This document shows, piece by piece, positions 1 through 11,858 of a stretch of 64,000 bases of DNA. This stretch comes from Octopus sinensis (lineage: Eukaryota). The stretch lies in contig NC_042997.1 in the NCBI RefSeq assembly GCF_006345805.1, positions 186,744,001 through 186,808,000 of the forward strand, in the 5' to 3' direction. The first letter of the stretch is position 1, and every line of letters starts with the position of its first letter. Made by a program: the position numbers and the translations under genes. The notes under the pieces were generated by a model, which saw only the letters and a program-made list of their open reading frames with translations, did no database searches and was not told the origin of the DNA.

Positions 1-2
1 TG

Positions 3-38
<36 letters not shown>

Positions 39-59
39 GTTATAATACTAATAATAATA

Positions 60-90
<31 letters not shown>

Positions 91-146
91 TAGTAATAGT
101 AATAATAATAATAATAATAATAGTAATAGTAATAGTAATAATAATA

Positions 147-186
<40 letters not shown>

Positions 187-226
187 TATAATAATAATAA
201 TAATAATAACAACAACAACAATAATT
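1..226. repeat. (AAT)n microsatellite
   Basis: Direct tandem AAT/AGT/AAC units. Confidence 0.95.
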
Positions 227-1492
227 TCAACTGTATTTTTTCTTTTTTTAAGATTTAATTCAACTTTTTTTTAACAAAATTAATTTTTTTTATTCAAAAA
301 AAATTTTTATTTAAACACTACTTTTTTTTAGTTTTAGATCTTTTAGTTTTTCTTATTTAATTTTTTCAGAAAGAATCTGTGGAATAAATTCTTCCTTCAA
401 TATAAAAATATTTTGGATATCAATTTATTACTCTATTTTTTTAACATTAAAATCTAAATTATTCTCTTTAAAAACTACAAATCCCTTCTTTTCAACATTG
501 GTTGCAAATGCCATTTATTCAAATTATGATCAAAGAAATATTTCTCTTAAAATTTAAAAAAAATTTTTTTCTCTCATTTAAGGTCTTTGTGACCTTTTTA
601 AACAGGCTGGGTCATGACAATCTAGACGCTAATCCTTAAATATAGACAACAAAGAAAATCATTATGAATAATTGATAATTACCATTTTAAAAAACTCAAA
701 TTGCATTACTGAAATATAGACATAAAAATTCTGGATTTGGAAACTTGTTAAACATATTTATTAGACCCAATGGTTTTAAAATGGTTTATCTTGTGTCTGG
801 GTCATCTTAACCTTTTGTACAACCAGAGCAGGTAGAATCAACATAAGGTTAATCAGAGATGGTGGAACCAAATCAGACGTCAGGCGATGTTGCGTTGAGA
901 AGGGTCATTGTTCGGTTAAAGCATTGTGCGGATAGCAAACTTTAGCCACATGTCCTGGAGTAGATACTGCAATGCATCGAACAATTACTTTGGGATCCAA
1001 CCACATGTAACTGCTACAACATGAGAAGCATGAAATAAAGAGAAGATTAAATAAGCTTAGACTGTCATAAAACAGGATCCTTTGTCATAAAATTTTATTG
1101 AGTGGGTGCTAGAATGCCTGGCATTGTGCTGCACAGTGTCTTTTTTTCCCTCTCACACATGCATTTAGAAAGAAAAAAATTCAGTGTGGTTATAAAGCTT
1201 GAAAATTGGTATGCTGGCATGCTGGTAAAGCAGTACAGAAGAATATTTATAATTGGAACAAAATATAAAATCTATCGCATCTTTGCAAACATTGTAAGAT
1301 ATAAATTCAGATATAATCATTGGTAAGGCTGTGTGGTAAGAAGCATGCTTCCTAACTACATGGTTCTGAGTTCAGTCCTTGGGCAAGTGTCTTTTGCTAT
1401 AGCTTTGGGTCAACCGAAACCTTGAGAGTGAATTTGCTCGACAGAAAATGAAAGCTCATCGTAGATATATATAATTATATATATCTTCTCCT

Positions 1493-1529
<37 letters not shown>

Positions 1530-2074
1530 CACACACACATTTGACGTCTATATTTAGCATATTAAGAGTCCACCTTGGTGGTCATTCCTCTTAATTTTGT
1601 ATGTAATATAATTTTTAATCTTTGGATCTTTTAAATATGCTAAGCCACTGGTTTTAATTGATTAATATCAATTTCTACCCTCATTATTTAATTTATATAT
1701 GTATATATATATGTATACATATATGATGCAAATACTGCCACAGTGCACAGTGTAGTCCACTAGACATGTGAAATAATTTAGATAGATGGATGTTCATCTT
1801 CATTTTAAAACCCCTTTCTATATATACTTGGGTCACATAGTCTTATGAATGCATGTATATATACATGTATATATATGTATATAAAAAGTTTTTGGTAATA
1901 TACTGAGTAGTATATTGTTATGGAAGTAAAATACATATATTGTTACATTTAAGGAATTTTCAACAAAATTTTTTTTATTTTATTTCCTTGGAAATCTGAA
2001 GACTTCCTGTATCTCTATGTAAATACACTAAGAAAAAATTCCTTCATTTATTCTGAAGAAACATATCATTATTA

Positions 2075-2133
<59 letters not shown>

Positions 2134-2245
2134 CATTATTACTTATATATATATAATTGAAAAATAGGATAAAATCTTTATAAGAATTTATCAAGTAGTT
2201 AGCGTGAAAAACCTCACAAGGGAAAAATCCATCAATTTATTCCTC

Positions 2246-2475
2246 TTAAATATATTCGTTACCAACCCGACCAAAACCGGCTCTGGCTCTGTAGTACAAA
2301 TGTCTTGTTTTCATAAGTTTTGCATTAAAATATACCAGCAAACCTTAGTCACAATTTATGTTCCTAACACTAGCTTAATGATAACTAAGTTATTTTACTA
2401 AATTCTTTGTAATATTTAAAATAATTGAAAGAAACACAGAGCATCTCAAAATAAATACAATAACAAAAGGGTTAA
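2246..2475. mobile_element. piggyBac-like MITE, degenerate left end
   Basis: Same internal sequence as the copies at 19102, 19899 and 54412; right end AAAGGG followed by TTAA. Confidence 0.7.
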
Positions 2476-2874
2476 GTAAATACATATATATATATATATG
2501 CATATGTGTGTGGGTACAGAACATCATGAAATGTGTACAACCAAAACATACAAGGTATGAGTACATGGAATGTGAACTATTTTTTTTAACAATGAAAGAC
2601 ACAAATGGAAAACAAGACAAACAACATAAAGAACGACCCTTCATCAGTTGTTGGCTGTTTTTCTACTCTCGTATTTCGAGCACTTAACAACAATATATGC
2701 TTTCAATAAAACAGTTACTCCCGCAAAGCAAATTAAATAAAATTTGGGATTTTGCGGAGGGTCAAAATTGGTAACACAAACAGGACAGTGAAAACAAACA
2801 AGAAGGGCTGCTAAGCCTAAACGTGGTTGTGGTGGTGAATGCGTAAATCAAGCTTGGACAGGAGACAGAGAAGA

Positions 2875-2905
<31 letters not shown>

Positions 2906-3162
2906 CACACACACACCTACATGCATACAAGCTTCATTTCCACACAAGCCAGCTTAATTCAATTCATCCTTAGTCGAAAGACACCTGTTGTTATGTCCTG
3001 TTATTATTTTTATTGTATTTTTTTTGTATTTATATTTGTGTAACATTGTCTGTTTTTTTCCATCCTTGTTTTTGTATACATTCGATACTTTTTCCAAGGA
3101 ATCTAATGCTCTTAGCTTGGGGTTGACCAGATTGGAGCAATCTCGAGAATAATCAGCCGAAA

Positions 3163-3700
3163 TTGTGAGGATTATCTGGTTCTTGACCAAAGATAGAAAA
3201 CTTCGAATGACCCATCTGTGTTTTCTTTGTATCATCTATCTGGATGTTTTGTTGTCCCTTTTTGTATCACCTAGTTGTCCGGATGTTTTGCGTTCTTGTC
3301 CCATTTTATATTTTATACACATATATACATACATACATACTTACATACATGCATATATATATCTATTCTTTTATATGCTTAAGCCTTGAGGTTGCAGACA
3401 TGCTGGGGTACCGCCATTGTAATCACCTTTTAGTTGGCCAATTCTATAGGTTTGGCTTTTGGTGAAGAAGGGAGTTCAATATCGCAGCACTCTTTTGAGT
3501 TTCCTGCCTTGATATTGGCTCATCTGGAATCTTGGATAGTAAGGGGTCAAGTTGTTTCTTGAAATCGTCTACTCTCACTCTATAAAGATCCCTCAGATGT
3601 GAAATAGCTGTGGACCCCTTGAATCCCAAACTATTGCAGTACATGTTCCTTGCCCTAGATGAGACAGCTGAGACTTTTGGAACAGTACAGTGACATCCAT
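3163..3700 (-). mobile_element. LINE 3'-end fragment (CR1/L2-like ORF2 C-terminus) plus downstream flank; inverted copy of 7333-7868
   Basis: ORF 3444..3644 reads VDDFKKQLDPLLSKIPDEP...AAILNSLLHQ, resembling CR1/L2-type ORF2 C-termini. Reverse complement of 7333-7868 with few mismatches. Confidence 0.7.
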
Positions 3701-3944
3701 ATATATTTATATATATATATATATATATATGTACATATACATATATAAATAGATGATTGTATTTTTACCTTGTTAACAATTAACACAGAAAAAATAAATA
3801 AATAGTTACCAGGGCAGCAAAAATCTCACAAGTAAAGGTGTTGTAACTCCTTGTTTATAAAGGTAGAAACTTCGTGTTTACGTTGAATATTTTGAATAAT
3901 ATGAATAAAAAATGGAGTTAACGCAGGTGTAATCAAATATTTTT

Positions 3945-4030
3945 ACTTTCGACACATGTTTCGAAAATTCCACTGATACTATTCAAAAGAATATATGGTA
4001 TAAACAATGCAATCTTCTCCTCAGGAAAGT
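3945..4030 (-). ncRNA. Hammerhead motif HHR-1, mirror copy in the inverted pLTR
   Basis: Reverse complement of 5216-5301 with intact core. Confidence 0.78.
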
Positions 4031-4104
4031 GAAAAAAAAAGAAACTCGTCAATAAGACATTTTAGCAGAAAATGATGGACAGAACGCTATTAATATTGTT
4101 TAAA

Positions 4105-5016
4105 TCCCAAATCAGTTATACAGAAAAAATTTTCTACATTGATTCTGCTCAGTCTAATTGTAAATTCAATAATGTAGATAAGATTTCTAGTCGTAAAAGA
4201 ATTATTGATAACAAACATAACTTACGCACCGATACAAAGCGAATGAAGGTAGATAACCCTTATTTAATCCCCTATTATCGATCTAAAAGTAAATATAACA
4301 CCTTCAAAAGTAATTACGCTATGAATACTAGTAAAAATATTTGGTTAATAATTCCTTACGGGAGACAAATTAAATCTAATCTCCCACTGCTGTTTCGTCT
4401 TCTAGATATTACTCTATAATCAATTCTATAATCAATTCACATAAGGTTAGGATAGGTTTTTCAAACACAAAAAATCTCTTGCAAATTATATCTTCTCATA
4501 ATAACAAACTGTTAAATATTAATACATTTACTAATACTAACATTAATTTAGCTAATACCATCCAACCCTCTAGAAATATTAATAACAAGGTTATTGTATC
4601 TAAAGTCAATTCCAATAGAATTAAGTTATGTCAAGTAACTCTAAGATTAAAAATTCTATATACCAGTGTATATCAGTACTCGTAATAAAGTACGATTTTA
4701 CATTGGGAGCACATCGTTAGAGTTATCTAAAAGAATTTCTATCCATTACTCAACATTTAGGGATAGAAATAAACGGAATAGTACCGGTCTCAGCAAACTG
4801 ATTTGGGATTTAAAAGACCACAATGAACAATTTCATTTAGAATGGTTGATCCTCTCAATTTCGATACCATATGACAAAGGCAAGAAATTCTGTCTTCTCT
4901 GCAATTCTGAGCTATTTTTCATTATTTTTTCTAAAAATACTCTAGTAAACACGGTTATAGAGCGAGCATACAGATGTAAGCATTGGCAAAAACATACATT
5001 TAGTGCATATAAGTAG
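4105..5016 (+). pseudogene. PLE linker plus GIY-YIG endonuclease, frameshifted, RT missing
   Basis: Fragments KNIWLIIPY, QIISSHNNKLL, VYQ...FYIGST...SKRISIHYSTF...NSTGLSKLIWDLKD...PYDKGKKFCLLCNSE...CKHWQKH match the PLE C-terminal GIY-YIG pattern. Split over three ORFs. Confidence 0.85.
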
Positions 5017-5215
5017 TCTCTATCATTATATATAATTTAAACTTTAATTTCCTTTATATTTAACATTCACTATTAATATCCTTACTCTTTCTGTTAGCTA
5101 CTTATGACGTTATATTATATAACGTTTTTTAAACAATATTAATAGCGTGCTGTCTATCGCTATACAAATCCATCATTTTTTGCTAAAATGTCTTATTGAC
5201 GAGTTCGTTTTTTTC

Positions 5216-5301
5216 ACTTTCCTGAGGAGAAGATTGCATTGTTTATACCATTTATTCTTTTGAATAGTATCAGTGGAATTTTCGAAACATGTGTCGAAAG
5301 T
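5216..5301 (+). ncRNA. Type I hammerhead ribozyme motif (HHR-1)
   Basis: ACTTTC-CTGAGGA-GAAGATT...AATTTTC-GAAAC-ATGT-GTC-GAAAGT: 6-bp helix I, helix II of at least 7 bp, GUC triplet with predicted cut after 5295. Confidence 0.8.
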
Positions 5302-5499
5302 AAAAATATTTGATTATACCTGCGTTAACTCCATTTTTTATTCATATTATTCAAAATATTCAACGTAAACACGAAGTTCCTACCTTTATAAACAAGGAGT
5401 TACAACACCTTTACTTGTGAGATTTTTGCTGCCCTGGTAACTATTCATTTATTTTTCCGTGTTAATTGTTAACAAGGTAAAAATACACTCATCTATTTA

Positions 5500-5539
<40 letters not shown>

Positions 5540-5710
5540 TTATAAAATGAGATAGGGGTTGAAAATTCAACCCACCATGGGATAATATATATCCAATATA
5601 CTGCTAGATAGGTACCCAACAAAATTAATACATAGATGTTAAAAATTGTCAAACAATCAGTTCATCTATTGCATTATATGGGTAAAGGTAATAATATTAC
5701 CGTAAATTAA

Positions 5711-6550
5711 TACTACAAAATTAGAGAATGGAGAAATATACTTAAATCAGTAAAACATCAACTATCCGATGATACTCAATCCATACTTTAATACACCATT
5801 ACATATGAGTAAAGGCAATACATAAAATGAAATGAGATATATAGTAATAGTAAAAAGATAAAGAGATATAAGTAAAAAATTTTCAAATATAATATGCAAA
5901 TAAATCAAAACTGACAGCTGTTTCGGCAGTGAGGACAGTCATAATAAGTTAATAAGTGACTTATTTATAATATTTAAATTAATATATATTTTATATTTTA
6001 TATTTTATAATTTAGCGTACTTAAAACCATAACAAACTTACGATAAATCTAACAACCGTATGTTTACTCTGCAACAAACCGGTGTTATAAATTTTAAGTT
6101 ACCCATGAAATAAGTATCTGACTTAGTAACATACTGATATTTAAAAATATATTTATATCTAAATTAAATATTTTATGGAATGCATGGATGGTTCTTCTTT
6201 TGTTATTGAGGCACAGTTATAATTTGAAGGACTAAATTGTAGCATAGTTGCTCCCTTTTTGTTTATCTATGTGCTAGTTGATGCTTGTGATTATGTATGT
6301 GTATAAGTGTATGTATATACATATAACTATGTGTGTATGTGCGATTGATCTGTAGATGCGTGTGTGAATATGGCGTTCCCTGACTAACCAACCGTATAAT
6401 TTTCTTTTGTGATTTAAATTTCAAACCAATAGCCAATCGAATTAATCTATATTTTCTTTACCTAGTGGTCAGCATTTCTTAACTCATAGTTATTTCGATC
6501 TTGTAAGGATGGACTTGGTACTAACTTAACTGTATCTATTTTTTATTATA

Positions 6551-6611
<61 letters not shown>

Positions 6612-7270
6612 AGTAATTTTTTATTAACTTTTATTAACTTTTATAGCTTTAGAATCTTATGAACTGTACCACGGATTTAATTATTATTTTTCATCTCCAT
6701 ATATGTTAGCCTTTTTTTTTATATATAAAAAAAACTATTAGCCAAATATGTATAATATCGGTACTTATTGATATTAATATATACACTATTATATATTTTG
6801 TTTTATTTTGTTCTGTTTACCTTCCTTTTTTGTACAAATGTGTATTATATTATATAAGTGTAGCATTATGATGTATAAGTTTTTATATTTTACATTTTTA
6901 TATTTTTATATTTATATGTATATGATTGTATAATATTTTTCACTATTATAACAAATTAATTTAATTCTCTGAAGAGCCGTGGGGCATCCTTGTTAATGCC
7001 TCATTTATACCTGCCTTTATGGCTTATAGGTTAAATGAGGTATGACTGTCCTCACTGCCGAAACAGCTGTCAGTTTTGATTTATTTGCATATTATATTTG
7101 AAAATTTTTTACTTATATCTCTTTATCTTTTTACTATTACTATATATCTCATTTCATTTTATGTATTGCCTTACTCATATGTAATGGTGTATTAAAGTAT
7201 GGATTGAGTATCATCGGATAGTTGATGTTTTACTGATTTAAGTATATTTCTCCATTCTCTAATTTTGTAG

Positions 7271-7272
<2 letters not shown>
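5711..7272 (+). mobile_element. Second PLE-like fold-back element with no recognisable ORF
   Basis: 5711-5943 is the reverse complement of 7041-7272. The right arm overlaps a hammerhead core and ends in (TA)n. Confidence 0.6.
6963..7077 (+). ncRNA. Degenerate hammerhead motif (HHR-2)
   Basis: CTGAAGA (6969-6975), long helix II (GCCGTGGGG/CCTCACTGCC plus CCTCATTTA/TAAATGAGG), GAAAC-AGCT-GTC (7060-7071). Helix I pairs poorly. Confidence 0.55.
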
Positions 7273-7332
<60 letters not shown>

Positions 7333-7333
<1 letters not shown>

Positions 7334-7868
7334 GGATGTCATTGTACTGTTCCAAAAGTCTCAGCTGTCTCATCTAGGGCAAGGACCATGTACTGCAATA
7401 GTTTGGGATTCAAGGGGTCCACAGCTATTTCACATCTGAGGGATCTTTATAGAGTGAGAGTAGACGATTTCAAGAAACAACTTGACCCCTTACTATCCAA
7501 GATTCCAGATGAACCAATATCAAGGCAGGAAACTCAAAAGAGTGCTGCGATATTGAACTCCCTTCTTCACCAAAAGCCAAACCTATAGAATTGGCCAACT
7601 AAAAGGTGATTACAATGGCGGTACCCCAGCATGTCTGCAACCTCAAGGCTTAAGCATATAAAAGAATAGATATATATATGCATGTATGTAAGTATGTATG
7701 TATGTATATATGTGTATAAAATATAAAATGGGACAAGAATGCAAAATATCCGGACAACTAGGTGATACAAAAAGGGACAACAAAACATCCAGATAGATGA
7801 TACAAAGAAAACACAGATGGGTCATTCGAAGTTTTCTATCTTTGGTCAAGAACCAGATAATCCTCGCA
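7333..7868 (+). mobile_element. LINE 3'-end fragment plus flank; partner of 3163-3700
   Basis: Same peptide as the 3444..3644 ORF on the opposite strand. Confidence 0.7.
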
Positions 7869-7869
7869 A

Positions 7870-8150
7870 ATGATTTTCGCCATTTCTTTCTCTTTTGCCT
7901 GCGTTGTTTGTTTTTTAAGTGCTTCGGTTTTACTGGGATCTCCCTTTTAAGTAGAAAGAATAGCCAAAACTTTTTGACTGCTATTTCTAAATTCGGTGTG
8001 TGGTGAGGCAAATCGTTGCTGAACCCTTAATTAATTAGTATTACTTAAACCTTCCTTGAATGGGTCTTTTACATGCCAAACTCTACTTGCTGAAATTAAT
8101 GATTATTTCTAAATTAATTAATTTCACCCTTTATTATTGATAATTATATA
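7870..8150 (+). mobile_element. Terminal fragment of a (TA)n-associated repeat family related to 44160-44726
   Basis: Shares TGCTTCGGTTTT, TTTTG(A/G)CTGCTATTTCTAA and TACTTG(C/G)TGAAATT...TTAATT...ACCCT motifs with the 44 kb element. A further fragment lies at 30693-30760. Confidence 0.55.
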
Positions 8151-8152
8151 TA

Positions 8153-8202
<50 letters not shown>

Positions 8203-8888
8203 TATATACATACATATATATATACATAAATATATATATATATATATACACATACATATATATCATCATTTTAATTTGTACTTTTCGTCTTAATACTCCT
8301 CTAGATTTTCTACATCTTAATCTCCTATTTCCAAACAAGGTAATATTTTCCCCTAGCTTAGACATGTTTACACAGAAGATTACTAACAAGTATCTCTGCT
8401 TGTACACCAATGAAGTTTAATTTACTCATATAATTAGTGCACAATGTCAAGAGAAAGTACACACTCATCCATGCATGTATACATATCTACATACAAACAC
8501 ACAAACATATACATAATATGTTTTGTAAATTTTCATTTGCCTTGCTTATTTTTTACATATTGGTGTTTGCTGGGTTTTTTCTTGGGAACACACACTTTGT
8601 GGTAAGGCAATTTCACATCTATCCCCAACGTATAGGAATCCACTTTAGTGGTCATTCCTTTTATTAATATATATATATATATATGTAGTTTGTGTCTTTT
8701 CTATTGATATGTAACAGATTCATTCACAAGGGCTTTAGTTGGCTTTGTGCCGTAGTAGAAAACAGTTAGGTAAGATTCCACAAGTGGGACTGAAACCACA
8801 ACCATGTGGTGGCAAAGCTGGCTTCTTAACCACTCAGCTATGTTTTTACCTATATATATGATGATGATGATGATATATATATATATAT

Positions 8889-11145
8889 CATCATCATCAT
8901 CATCATCATCGTTTAGCGTCCGTTTTCCATGCTAGCATGGGTTGGACGGTTCTACTGGGGTCTGTGAAGCCAGAAGGCTTCATCAGGCCCAGTCAAATCT
9001 GGCAGTGTTTCTACGGCTGGATGCCCTTCCTAACGCCAACCACTCCGTGAGTGTAGTGGATGCTTTTTACGTGCCACCCGCACAGGTGCCAGACAGAGCT
9101 GGCAAACGGCCACGAACGGATGGTGCTTTTTATGTGCCACTGGCACGAGGGCCAGGCGAGGCTGGCAACGAACACGAAACAGGGCAGTGCTGGCAACGGT
9201 CGCGAAATGGAAGGTTCTCTTACATGCCACCGGCACTGGTAACACATCTGCAATTTCCACTGATCGATTTCGATTCTGATCCTCACTTGCCTCAACAGTC
9301 TTCACAAGGAGTTTTGTGTCCCAAGAAGGGAAGGTATGCATACGTAGGCTGGCTCCATCCATGTAGAAGGCCACGGGTTATGGACTCACTTGTCCTGCCG
9401 GGTCTTCTCGAGCACAGCACACTTCCAGAGGACTCGGTCTCTGGTCATTTCCTCAGTGAGACCTAAAGTTCGAAGGTCATGCTTCACCACCTCGTCCCAG
9501 GTTTTCCTAGGTCTGCCTCTTCCACAGGTTCCCTCAACTGCTAGGGTGTGGCACTTTTTCACACACAACTATCTCATCCATTCTCGCCACATGACCATAC
9601 CAGTGTGCAAACGTCTCTCTTGCACACCACAACTGATGCTTCTTAGGTCCAGCTTTTCTCTCAAGGTACTTACACTCTGCCGAGTATGAGTACTGACATT
9701 ACACATCCATCGGAGCATACTGGCTTCATTTCTTGTGAGCTTACGCATATCCTCAGCAGTCACGGCCCATGTTTTACTGCCATGTAGCATGGCTGTTCGT
9801 ACACACGCATCATACAGTCTGCCTTTCACTCTGTGCGAGAGGCCTTTTGTCACCAGCAGAGGTAAGAGCTCTCTGAACTTTGCCCAAGCTATTCTTACTC
9901 TAGCAGTTACACTTTCAGCACACCCACCCCCGCTGCTGACTTGGTCACCTAGGTAACGGAAACTATCAACTATTTCTAGTTTTTCTCCTTGGAAAGTGAC
10001 GGAAGTTGGTCTCAGAGCATTTTCAGTGTTTATTGTTCCTGAGCATCTGCCACATACAAAAACCATCTTCCTAGTTAGCCTTCCTTTGACATTGCTGCAC
10101 CTCTTATGTGTCCATAGCTTACACTTGGTGCATCTTATAGAGTTTCTACCTACACCTTTTCTACAGATCAAGCAGGGCCATCTACCTGAAGGCGTTTGTG
10201 ATTTGTCTACCTTCCTACTGATTACGACTTTGGTTTTAGCTAGATTGACTCTGAGGCCCTTCGATTCTAATCCTTGTTTCCACACCTGAAACTTTTCCTC
10301 CAGTTCTGATAGCGACTCAGCAATTAGAGCAAGGTCATCAGCATAGAGGAGCTCCCAAGGGCATCCTGTCTTGAATTCCTCCGTTATTGCCTGGAGGACT
10401 ATGATAAATAGGAGGGGGCTGAGTACTGAGCCTTGGTGGACCCCTACCTCTACCCGGAATTCTTCACTGTACTCGTTTCCAACCCTCACCCTACTAGCAG
10501 CGTCCCTATACATGGCCCGCACAGCTCTCACTAACCATTCATCTATCCCTAGTTTCCTCATTGCCCACCAGATAAGAGATCGGGGGACCCTGTCGAAGGC
10601 TTTCTCCATGTCAACAAAAGCCAGGTACAGGGGCTTATCTTTGGCTAGGTATTTCTCCTGCAGCTGCCTTACCAGGAATATAGCATCAGTAGTACTTTTC
10701 CCTGGCACAAACCCAAACTGCATCTCATCTAAACTAACTCTCTCTCTAATTAGTTGGGCTATGACTCTCTCCGTAACCTTCATCACCTGATCCAACAGCT
10801 TGATACCTCTGTAGTTATTTGTATCTAGGGCGTCACCTTTACCTTTGTAGCAGTTGACTATTATGCTGCTACACCAGTCATTGGGTATGACTCCTTTGTG
10901 TATCACCTGATTAACTATACGGGTGACTAGGCTATAGCCGACACTACCAGACATTTTGAGCATCTCTGCAGTGATTCCTGATGGGCCTGGGGCTTTTCCT
11001 GTCTTCATGCTTCTAATTGCCTTAGCTACCACGGAACTATCAACTCGGATAGCTGGTCCCTCTGTTGGGTCAACATTCGGCAGACTCTCTTTATCCCATT
11101 CATTTTCTTTATTCAGCAACCTTTCATAGTGGTATCTCCAAACCT
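8889..11145 (-). mobile_element. RTE-clade LINE, 5'-truncated, with 3'UTR and (GAT)n tail
   Basis: RT ORF, C-terminal GRGRPRKTW motif, 3'UTR shared with many short copies in the window, (CAT)n on the plus strand at 8889-8910. Confidence 0.95.
9386..11145 (-). pseudogene. RTE ORF2 reverse transcriptase; APE endonuclease lost by truncation; one frameshift near 9570-9610
   Basis: Motifs GKAPGPSGI, NYRGIKLL, QFGFVPGKST, FVDMEKAFDRV, GVHQGSVLSPLLF, LLYADD, FRYLG. The C-terminus continues in ORF 9386..9568. The first ~15 codons of ORF 9569..11185 come from the adjacent SINE. Confidence 0.92.
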
Positions 11146-11372
11146 CTACTACCCACAAAGGGCTAAACATAGAGGGGATAAACAAGGACAGACAAGGGGA
11201 TTAAATCGATTACATCAACCTAGTGTGAAACTGGTACTTTATTTATCGACCACGAAAGGATGAAAGGCAAAGTCGACCTCGGCGGAATTTGAACTCAGAA
11301 CGTAACGACAGACGAAATACCGCTAAGCATTTCGCCTGGCACGCTAACGTTTCTGCCAGCTCGCCGCCTTTA
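11146..11372 (-). mobile_element. SINE family A (tRNA-like head, GCCTTTCATCCTTTCGGGGTCGA core, AATAAAGAAAT end)
   Basis: Matches copies at 14171-14402, 29850-30085 and 60241-60478. A-box-like TGGCAGAAACGTTAG and B-box-like GAGTTCAAATT. Confidence 0.85.
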
Positions 11373-11858
11373 TATATATGTATGCGTGTGTGTGTGTGTG
11401 ATCTTGTCTGGACAACCCAAGCTAATTGTAAACAAACCATACCATTTTACACACAGTAGCATTTGTTTGCAATCTTCCATAAAAACATGTTTTGGCCTTG
11501 AGGGCATTTGCCCAAGATGTCACAGCATGGGATTGAACTGAAAACTGCATGGCTGCAAATCAAGCTTCTTAACCATACAGCCATACCTTTGCCCATACAA
11601 TATTGAACATTTAGTAACATAATGTTATATGACTTTAAAAAAAGAAGAAAAGAAAATCAACTTAAAACAAGCTGGAACAGCTAGAAAACTTCTATGTCAT
11701 ATACTAATACTAACCAATCAATATAAACAACTTAGCATTAAAACTGTTCTGCTTAATTAAGGTGTGATTGAATACTAAATTATTCAATATATGCAATGGT
11801 ATATATTATTGATAAAAGAATATCAATGCTATGACAGTGCTTGATGTCTTGTGATAGA

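Larger units (their letters stand above)
3735..5510 (+). mobile_element. Penelope-like element (PLE) remnant: inverted pseudo-LTR, internal coding remnant, pseudo-LTR; flanked by (TA)n
   Basis: 3735-4104 is the reverse complement of 5128-5510 apart from scattered substitutions and one short indel. The internal part encodes a GIY-YIG endonuclease remnant and the pLTR contains a hammerhead motif. Confidence 0.85.

Noticed and set aside
2625-2690. Minus-strand CTGATGA preceded by GAAATACG, a possible permuted hammerhead
   Set aside because: Core halves are in the wrong order for type I, and no helix I/III pairing or NUH triplet could be built for a type II or III topology.
3115-3165. GGTTGA...TCAGCC-GAAA hairpin resembling hammerhead helix II
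   Set aside because: No upstream CTGANGA and no cleavage triplet.
4072-4104. ATG start of ORF 4072..4419 as a real translation start
   Set aside because: It lies inside the inverted pLTR arm, so it is a fusion artefact of the 5' truncation and inversion.
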